Shown here one piece after another: positions 56,627 through 64,000 of a stretch of DNA of 64,000 bases. Position 1 is the stretch's first letter. The number at the start of each line of letters is the position of its first letter. The notes under the pieces were generated by a model. That model was not told the origin of the DNA and did no database searches. It worked only from the letters and a program-made list of their open reading frames with translations. Position numbers and translations under genes: made by a program. This DNA comes from Candidatus Saccharicenans sp. (GTDB lineage Bacteria; Acidobacteriota; Aminicenantia; Aminicenantales; Saccharicenantaceae), in contig JASEFX010000006.1 in NCBI GenBank assembly GCA_030018265.1, positions 23,476-87,475 of the forward strand, given 5' to 3'.

Positions 56627-58395
56627 TTTGCCTCCTCGATTTTTTCCAGAATGATCCCGTGACCGCGCGGGAAAAGACCGGGCAGGGAGACTGGAAGCTT
56701 GCCGGCCACTCTGATTTCCCCGCTGAGAGCCATCGCTGCCAGCTCCTGCGTCTCGGGAGTGTTGCGGTAGGCGCAAAGATAGGCATCAACTTCAGGAAAA
56801 TGCCGGAGAAAATACGGGCTGCCAAAAGAGACGGTCACCACTGTGAGGCCAGCCTGCTTTAACCTATTTATGAATTCAGCCTGCCGTGGCTCCAGGTCAA
56901 CGCTCCCCTTCCCCGAACGAAGGCTGGAGAAAAGAGCGGCCACCACCAGTTCACCCCGGACCGCTTCCTCAAAAGCTTCTTCCAGTTTCTCGCTTCCAGA
57001 ATCGCCATCGGCATAAAAGGCTCTGGCTCCGGGAAAGCGGGACAACATTTCCGAAACAAAACGCCGGCCAGCGTAATAATCGCCGGGGTCGCTGCTCAGC
57101 GAAAGAATCACCGGTTTTTGATTTTTCCTCAACGGCAGCAGGCTGTTTTCGTTTTTAACCAGCGTCAGGGCAGAAGCAAAAGCTTTTCTGGCCGTCTCCC
57201 TGAATTCCTGCTTTCCGAGCACCAGAGGCAGCCGATCAAGACTGACGTAACGATTTTTATGCAGTCCGAGTCTGGTTTTCGCCAGCAGTACCCGCCGTAG
57301 AGATTCTTCAACGCGGCTTAATGGAAGTTCGCCGCTGATGACCGCCCGCCTCAGGTATTCTATGACCTTAACCGGGTCCAGCGGCAGGAGCAACAGGTCG
57401 ACTCCGGCCTGGAGCGCCCGCAGAGCTGCTTCTCCGTCGCTGAAATAATTCGTGATTCCTCTCATTTCCAGAGCGTCGGTGACCACCAGTCCTTTGAAAC
57501 CCATTTCATTTCTGAGAAGGTCAGTTATAATCCGGCGGGAAAGCGTGGCCGGAAGACCTTCCTCAGGTTCAAGCGCAGGGACATAAAGGTGCGCGGTCAT
57601 TATTGCATCCACGCCAGCTTCCACGGCAGCTTGAAACGGAGGCAACTCCACCCTTCTGAGTCTATCCAGGTCCGCTCTGATCACGGGAAGCAAACTGTGC
57701 GAATCCTGATCAGTATCTCCGTGCCCGGGGAAATGTTTCGCCGTGGCCATCATACCTCCGGTCTGACAGCCTTTTATGAAAGCCCTGGCTATCCTGGCCA
57801 CCTGTTCCGGATCCTCGCCGACCGACCTGGTGTTGATGATCGGGTTGTCAGGATTGACGTTGACATCGACCACCGGGGCGTAAGTCATGTGAATTCCAAG
57901 AGCTCTTCCTTCAATCGCGGTGATGCAGCCCATCTCATAAGCCAGCTCTTCCGAATCGGCTGCTCCGAGAGCCATGAGCGGAGGGAAAAGAGTCGCTCCG
58001 GTCACCTGATTGCCGGCTCCCCTCTCCAGGTCGGAGGCGATCAGAAGCGGTATACGGGCTAATTTCTGAAAATGGTTGGTAAAATAGGCAGTCTCCAGCG
58101 GTTCTCCGCCAAAAAGAATAAGACCGCCGAGGTGATATTTCCTGACGAGTTCCTCCAGGTTTTTAAGCCGGGGGCTGTCAAAGTTAAGAAACTCGCCGCT
58201 GTAGCGGGCCACCACCAGCTGCCCGATTTTCTCTTCCAGAGTCATCTTTCTGATGATTTTTTCCACCCACTGTCGATCACCCGCTGTTCCGGCCGCCTGC
58301 TCCCTGAGTTCTATCCGCTGAGCGCAGCCGGCCATAATACCTACTAAAATAGTAGGAATTATCAGCCTCCTGAAAATTTTTCTGCCGCTTCTCAT
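56623..58395 (-). CDS. glycoside hydrolase family 3 lipoprotein (beta-N-acetylhexosaminidase/beta-glucosidase class)
   Basis: 590 aa with lipobox IMAGC and the GH3 motif AKHFPGHGDTDQDSH. ATGA overlap with the aldo/keto reductase start. Confidence 0.88.
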   Translation of the reverse strand: MRSGRKIFRRLIIPTILVGIMAGCAQRIELREQAAGTAGDRQWVEKIIRKMTLEEKIGQLVVARYSGEFLNFDSPRLKNLEELVRKYHLGGLILFGGEPLETAYFTNHFQKLARIPLLIASDLERGAGNQVTGATLFPPLMALGAADSEELAYEMGCITAIEGRALGIHMTYAPVVDVNVNPDNPIINTRSVGEDPEQVARIARAFIKGCQTGGMMATAKHFPGHGDTDQDSHSLLPVIRADLDRLRRVELPPFQAAVEAGVDAIMTAHLYVPALEPEEGLPATLSRRIITDLLRNEMGFKGLVVTDALEMRGITNYFSDGEAALRALQAGVDLLLLPLDPVKVIEYLRRAVISGELPLSRVEESLRRVLLAKTRLGLHKNRYVSLDRLPLVLGKQEFRETARKAFASALTLVKNENSLLPLRKNQKPVILSLSSDPGDYYAGRRFVSEMLSRFPGARAFYADGDSGSEKLEEAFEEAVRGELVVAALFSSLRSGKGSVDLEPRQAEFINRLKQAGLTVVTVSFGSPYFLRHFPEVDAYLCAYRNTPETQELAAMALSGEIRVAGKLPVSLPGLFPRGHGIILEKIEEAK

Positions 58396-58523
58396 CTCAG
58401 GTTTACCTCCGTTTCATCTCTTCTGTGTCCCGGTCTTTACAGCGTTAATCCCGGCCCGTTCCAAACTGATCTGAATTCAGGATAGACTTTATTCTGAACC
58501 TCCGTCAGACGATTTCATCTTTT

Positions 58524-59861
58524 TCAGCCGAAATACCTTACCAGATATCTGGCCACCAGCAAAACAGAAATAAGATAGACGAGCCAGTGTACCTTCTTAG
58601 CCTCGCCCTTAGCCATCTTGAGCAGCGTGTAGCTGATAAAGCCAAAAGCCATACCGTCGGTGATGCTCACGGCCAGCGGCATAACCACGATGGTTAAAAA
58701 AGCCGGAATAGCTTCGCTCACTTCATCCCAGTCGATCCGGGCGACGGATTTCATCATCAGAAAACCGACGATGATCAGCGGCGGGGCAATCACCGGATGC
58801 AGCACCTGATCTTTATAGACAAAACTTCCGCCGATCATCGCCGCCAGCGGATTCAGGAAAAGTGCACCGAGGAACATAACCGAGGTGACGACGCTGGCCA
58901 GTCCGGTTCGCGCCCCCTGGGAAATTCCGGTCGAGCTCTCGATATAACTGGTAACGGTTGATGTTCCCAGAAGAGTCCCGACGACCGTCCCGGTGGCGTC
59001 AGCTAACATCGCCTGGTTGGCTTTTGGAAGCTTCCCGTCCCTGAAAAAACCGGCCGGCGCGCAGACACCCACCAGCGTGCCCAGCGTGTCAAAAACATCC
59101 AGGAAAAAGAAGACGAAAATGATAGGAATCAAGCCGCTCTTCAGAGCTCCGACAATATCAAGTCGGAAAAGAGTGGGTTCAAGAGAGGGCGGAGCAGACA
59201 GCACTCCCTGGTATTTCACCACTCCGAGCGGCAACCCCACGGCTGCAGTCAGCAGTATGCCCCACAGCAGAGCACCGGGAACTTTCCAGGCGATCAGGAT
59301 GGAAATGGCCAGAAGACCGAAAAAGGCCAGAACCACCGGCTTGCTGCCCAGGTCGCCCAGACCCACCAGCACTCCCGGAGTGGCCACGACAATTCCGGCA
59401 TATTCCAGACCGATGAGCGCAATCAACAGCCCTATGCCGGCCGCGATGGCGTTTTTCAACGAATCAGGAATTATTTCCACCAGCTTCCCGGCAACACCAA
59501 GAAGCGCCAGTATTAAAAATATCAATCCGGAAATGAAATTAGCCCCCAGCGCCACCTGCCAGGAATATCCCATCAGACCGCAGACAGTGACGGCAAAAAA
59601 AACATTATGACCCATAGCCGGGGCCTGAGCCACCGGATAATTTGCCAGCAGACCGGTCAGAAGGGTGGCCAACGCGCTGGCCAGACAGGTGGCCACCATA
59701 ACCGCACCTTTATCCATCCCTGCCTGTCCGAGAATCGCCGGTTGAACAAAAATGATGTACGACATCGTCATAAAGGTGGTCAGCCCGCCCAGCACTTCCC
59801 TTCTGACATCTGTCTGGTTTTCCCTGAGCTTAAACCATCTGTCAAGCCGGGATTCCATCAA
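58524..59861 (-). CDS. NCS2/AzgA-family purine (adenine/guanine/hypoxanthine) permease
   Basis: 445 aa with about 12-13 TM segments and an N-terminal FKLRENQTDVRREVLGGLTTFMTMSYIIFVQP typical of AzgA-type permeases. Confidence 0.88.
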   Translation of the reverse strand: MMESRLDRWFKLRENQTDVRREVLGGLTTFMTMSYIIFVQPAILGQAGMDKGAVMVATCLASALATLLTGLLANYPVAQAPAMGHNVFFAVTVCGLMGYSWQVALGANFISGLIFLILALLGVAGKLVEIIPDSLKNAIAAGIGLLIALIGLEYAGIVVATPGVLVGLGDLGSKPVVLAFFGLLAISILIAWKVPGALLWGILLTAAVGLPLGVVKYQGVLSAPPSLEPTLFRLDIVGALKSGLIPIIFVFFFLDVFDTLGTLVGVCAPAGFFRDGKLPKANQAMLADATGTVVGTLLGTSTVTSYIESSTGISQGARTGLASVVTSVMFLGALFLNPLAAMIGGSFVYKDQVLHPVIAPPLIIVGFLMMKSVARIDWDEVSEAIPAFLTIVVMPLAVSITDGMAFGFISYTLLKMAKGEAKKVHWLVYLISVLLVARYLVRYFG

Positions 59862-59919
59862 ACCCTCCTTAACGGGATTGAATTTCCCGCCATTCCTGAA
59901 CCCCTGCGGGCAATATTCA

Positions 59920-60447
59920 TTAGAATTTTACCAGGGTGAAAACCGGAACTCCGGGGTGAGCTTCGTTTAATTTTTTTACGCCTTCCAGAAAGGTAAGCTC
60001 TACCAGAGCCTCAAAGGCCACCACTTTTCCGCCGAGTTCCTGAATCAGGTTGATAGCGCTTATCCCGGAAGACCCGGTGGCGATCAAATCGTCGACGACG
60101 ACCACTTTTTCCCCGGGTTGCACGCTATCCACGTGGGCTTCAAAATATTCGACAGCATATTCGTTCGGAGCAAGAACGGTCAGAGTTTTCCGGGGCAATT
60201 TTCCTTTTTTCCGGACGAGACTGAACCCCACCCTCAGATCCCTGGCCAGAGCGGCACCGAAAATAAAGCCGCGGGACTCAATCGCGGCCACCCGGTCGGG
60301 CGAAAATTTTCTGGCAATTTCAGCCATCCGGTCGATCACCTGGTTAAAAGCCTCCGCATCCTGAATCACCGGAGTGATATCTTTGAATATAACCCCCGGC
60401 TTAGGAAAATCGGGAACGTCAACGATGAGCGATTTAATATCCTTCAT
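59920..60447 (-). CDS. apt: adenine phosphoribosyltransferase
   Basis: 175 aa with DFPKPGVIFKDITP and the PRPP motif VVVVDDLIATGSS. Confidence 0.95.
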   Translation of the reverse strand: MKDIKSLIVDVPDFPKPGVIFKDITPVIQDAEAFNQVIDRMAEIARKFSPDRVAAIESRGFIFGAALARDLRVGFSLVRKKGKLPRKTLTVLAPNEYAVEYFEAHVDSVQPGEKVVVVDDLIATGSSGISAINLIQELGGKVVAFEALVELTFLEGVKKLNEAHPGVPVFTLVKF

Positions 60448-60483
60448 TTTCGGGTCCTTTCAAATGTTTTTTGAAATTTTATT

Positions 60484-60951
60484 TTATTGATTATCAAGCT
60501 CAAGGTAAATTCCGCAGCTTTTTATTTTAATCAATCTGCTTTCTGCTGATTCCACACCTATCAGAACTTCCAGCGTCCGGTCCGTCCTGAAATCTTCAGG
60601 CAGACGTTCGGCCCATTCGACCGCCATCACGCCCGCCCCTAAGTAATCCTCCAGCCCGAGGTCGGCAATTTCCTCCGGGTGTTCCAGCCGGTAGAGGTCA
60701 ACATGAATCAGGTTAACCCGCCCTGGATAGATATTAACTAAGGTAAAGGAGGGACTGCAGACAGAGTCGACATCGATAACACCGAGTCCGCTGGCCAGAC
60801 CTTTCACCAGCACGGTTTTGCCGGCACCGAGCTCCCCGGTTATCAGGATCAATTCATCTCCCCGGAGCTCGCGCGCAATCTTTTCGCCGAGCCCGAATGT
60901 TTCCTCTTCGGAAAAGCTCTTTATTTCAATTTCTGACTTTTTACCTGGCAT
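60484..60951 (-). CDS. tsaE: tRNA t6A37 biosynthesis ATPase TsaE
   Basis: 155 aa with LITGELGAGKTVLVKG and HVDLYRL motifs. Confidence 0.9.
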   Translation of the reverse strand: MPGKKSEIEIKSFSEEETFGLGEKIARELRGDELILITGELGAGKTVLVKGLASGLGVIDVDSVCSPSFTLVNIYPGRVNLIHVDLYRLEHPEEIADLGLEDYLGAGVMAVEWAERLPEDFRTDRTLEVLIGVESAESRLIKIKSCGIYLELDNQ

Positions 60952-62518
60952 CGTTTACTCCGCCGGCCACAAACCGGATGGCCTCAGGCAAAAATTTAAT
61001 CAGGTCGGTGGCCGTAAGGCACTTTTCGCCAACTTTTTCCGCAGCCAGGTCACCGCTCAACCCGTGGATGAAAACGGCATTGACAGCCGCCTGCAGAATA
61101 TCTTTAACCTGCATGACTTCAGAAGCCAGCAGCCCGGCCAGAACATCCCCTGTGCCGCCGGAAGCCATCCCGGGATTTCCGGTGGGGTTGACCATGACCC
61201 TTCCGTCCGGCGATGCTATAAGCGTTCTGTAGCCCTTGAGCACAAGGCACACCCTGTTTTTAAGTGCAAACTCCCTTACCACTTCCAGACGGCGGCGAAG
61301 GATTTCCTGCGCGCTGAGGCCGGTGAGGCGGGAAAATTCCCCGGGGTGGGGAGTAAGCACGGTTCTTTCAGGAAGGGCAGAGAGAATTTCCGGAGATGAG
61401 GCGATGATATTAAGACCGTCAGCATCGATCACCAGAGGAATCTTAAATTTGCTTATTTTTTTTAATAATTTAACCACAAAAGCTGCGGTGGAAGGATGGG
61501 TCGAGAGCCCTGGTCCAAGAAGCAGAGCGTCTTTTCCCTTTAACAACTCCTCCACCCTGCCGAGAGCTTCCTCGGAAATGCTTCCGGCTTCTATTTCAGC
61601 CAGCGGTTCAGTCATCAATTCCGGCATGCTTCTGGCTATTATCGGAAGGCAACTGGCGGGAGTCGCCACGGTGACCAGCCCGGCACCCATTTTTAGCGCG
61701 GCCCGACCGGCCATCGCCGCGGCTCCGGTCTTTCCGCGGGAGCCAGCAACCACCAGAAGATGGCCGTAGGTACCCTTGTGAGTGTCTCTTTTTCTCGGCT
61801 GAAAATAGGGCACGAGCGATTCGATTTCCACCAGTTCTAAACAGAGTTCAGGCCGTTCAAAAAGAAACGGTGGAATGCTGATGTCAGCCACGATCAGCTC
61901 TCCAACGTATTCTTCTGCCGGAGGGAAGATAAGAGCCACCTTTGGCGCCCCCAGTGTGACCGTAAGGTCGGCTCTGACGCATGGACCGATCAGTTCAAAA
62001 GTATCGGAAGAAAGTCCTGATGGTATATCGACCGAAACGACAAAAGCACCCGAGCGGTTGATATCCTCGACGATAAGTTTATACAGCCCTTCGAGCGGTT
62101 TGCTCAGACCCGTCCCGAAAAGGGCATCGACGATAACCGGAGCGTCAGCCAGAATCTTCCTGGCTTTCTTCCACCCTGGTTCGTCGTGCACTTCGACCAC
62201 CGGAACTCCTGTGTTGAGAGCAATCTGGAGATTCAGCGCGGCATCACCTCTGACTTCCTGCACAGCTCCGGCCAGCAGCACCCGGCAGTCCACACCCTGA
62301 TTATGAAGATGGCGGGCAACCACCAGCCCGTCCCCACCGTTATTCCCCTTTCCAGCCACCACTACCACTTTCATTCCCGGAACCACGCCGATTTCGTTGC
62401 GGAGAGCAGCCACCACCTGAAGACCGGCGTTTTCCATAAGTATCGGTCCCGGGATCCCTATCTCTTCAATCGTAATCCGGTCAATCTCTCTCATCTGAGC
62501 GGCTGTCAGGATTTTCAT
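60941..62518 (-). CDS. nnr: bifunctional NAD(P)H-hydrate repair enzyme (epimerase + ADP-dependent dehydratase)
   Basis: 525 aa with an N-terminal YjeF_N domain (AGKGNNGGDG) and a C-terminal carbohydrate-kinase domain (GGTGDVLAG). 11-nt overlap with tsaE. Confidence 0.9.
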   Translation of the reverse strand: MKILTAAQMREIDRITIEEIGIPGPILMENAGLQVVAALRNEIGVVPGMKVVVVAGKGNNGGDGLVVARHLHNQGVDCRVLLAGAVQEVRGDAALNLQIALNTGVPVVEVHDEPGWKKARKILADAPVIVDALFGTGLSKPLEGLYKLIVEDINRSGAFVVSVDIPSGLSSDTFELIGPCVRADLTVTLGAPKVALIFPPAEEYVGELIVADISIPPFLFERPELCLELVEIESLVPYFQPRKRDTHKGTYGHLLVVAGSRGKTGAAAMAGRAALKMGAGLVTVATPASCLPIIARSMPELMTEPLAEIEAGSISEEALGRVEELLKGKDALLLGPGLSTHPSTAAFVVKLLKKISKFKIPLVIDADGLNIIASSPEILSALPERTVLTPHPGEFSRLTGLSAQEILRRRLEVVREFALKNRVCLVLKGYRTLIASPDGRVMVNPTGNPGMASGGTGDVLAGLLASEVMQVKDILQAAVNAVFIHGLSGDLAAEKVGEKCLTATDLIKFLPEAIRFVAGGVNDAR

Positions 62519-62661
62519 TTTTTTACCTCAATCAGAATAGATATTATCAAAAATCAAAAACGGTAGAAAGCTGAAACCGGAGATGGTCAGAATGACGCCA
62601 GAAGATGTTTCCTTTTCGATTTTCCTGAAAGTATCCGGGTCCGGCAACAACGATACTTTTA

Positions 62662-62690
62662 TTGCAGAAGTTTCTCTTATGTGATAAATT
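62662..62690 (+). promoter_or_regulatory. candidate extended -10 promoter of gap-pgk
   Basis: TTGCAG (62662-62667), 17-nt spacer ending in TGa, then TAAATT (62685-62690). AAAGGAGG RBS at 62714-62721. Confidence 0.45.
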
Positions 62691-62696
62691 TTATAA

Positions 62697-63731
<1,035 letters not shown>

Positions 63732-63748
63732 AAGTCTGGAGAAAAAAG

Positions 63749-64000
63749 ATGAAATTTCTGGAAGAAATACCGGTAAGGGGAAAAACCGTTTTCCTGCGGG
63801 TTGATTTCAACGTCCCGCTCGACGAAAACATGAACATCAGGGATGACACCAGGATCCGGGCTTCACTTCCGACCATCAATTATCTGCTGCAGAACGGAGC
63901 GAAGCTGGTGGTGGCTTCCCACCTGGGAAGACCGAAGGGACAGTTCAACCCGAAGATGAGCCTGAAGCCGGTGGCCCAGAGGCTCAAAGAACTTCTTCCC
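63749..64000 (+). CDS. pgk: phosphoglycerate kinase, 5' 84 codons (runs off the right edge)
   Basis: Not in the track. ATG at 63749 gives [64 protein letters not shown], the canonical Pgk N-terminus. Confidence 0.9.
   Translation, partial: MKFLEEIPVRGKTVFLRVDFNVPLDENMNIRDDTRIRASLPTINYLLQNGAKLVVASHLGRPKGQFNPKMSLKPVAQRLKELLP

Overview
64-kb, about 50% GC, densely coding bacterial chromosome segment with about 58 protein genes and one tRNA. I recognise no rRNA, CRISPR array, transposase, integrase or phage genes. Diderm markers are present (TonB-ExbB-ExbD, an AsmA/TamB-like protein, beta-barrel OMPs, lipoprotein signals), as are anaerobe-type markers (rubredoxin plus NADH:rubredoxin-oxidoreductase-like flavoprotein, HypCDE, radical SAM). 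The taxon cannot be fixed from the sequence alone. Positions 1-42 kb are mostly conserved housekeeping in classic operons: alr, purA, recD2, lepB, ychF-tgt-yajC-secD-secF, tonB-exbB-exbD, uppS-cdsA-dxr-rseP-ispG, hypCDE, sat-cysC, and phoH-7TM_HD-ybeY-corC-era. A 613-bp gene-free stretch ending in a GC-rich, hairpin-rich, GGA-rich candidate ncRNA precedes tRNA-His(GUG). Positions 42.7-58.4 kb form an accessory-looking block of exported glycan/glycoconjugate hydrolases: GH28, a FucI-like protein, an M14 peptidase, a beta-propeller-phosphoesterase fusion, an NPCBM alpha-galactosidase, an aldo/keto reductase and a GH3 enzyme. Positions 58.5-64 kb return to housekeeping (purine permease-apt-tsaE-nnr, gap-pgk). 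Best leads for something undescribed: (1) a translationally coupled ParB/Srx-fold protein plus SPL-family radical SAM enzyme; (2) the repeated-loop, GGA-rich RNA candidate next to tRNA-His; (3) a PAPS-synthesis operon built around an NPP/alkaline-phosphatase-family enzyme; (4) two adjacent divergent genes whose export signals are each cut off by what looks like one missing A in a homopolymer, one of them also with an in-frame TGA. Features I added beyond the supplied ORF track: a 53-aa rubredoxin gene, the edge-truncated AsmA-like gene, the pgk 5' end and tRNA-His.
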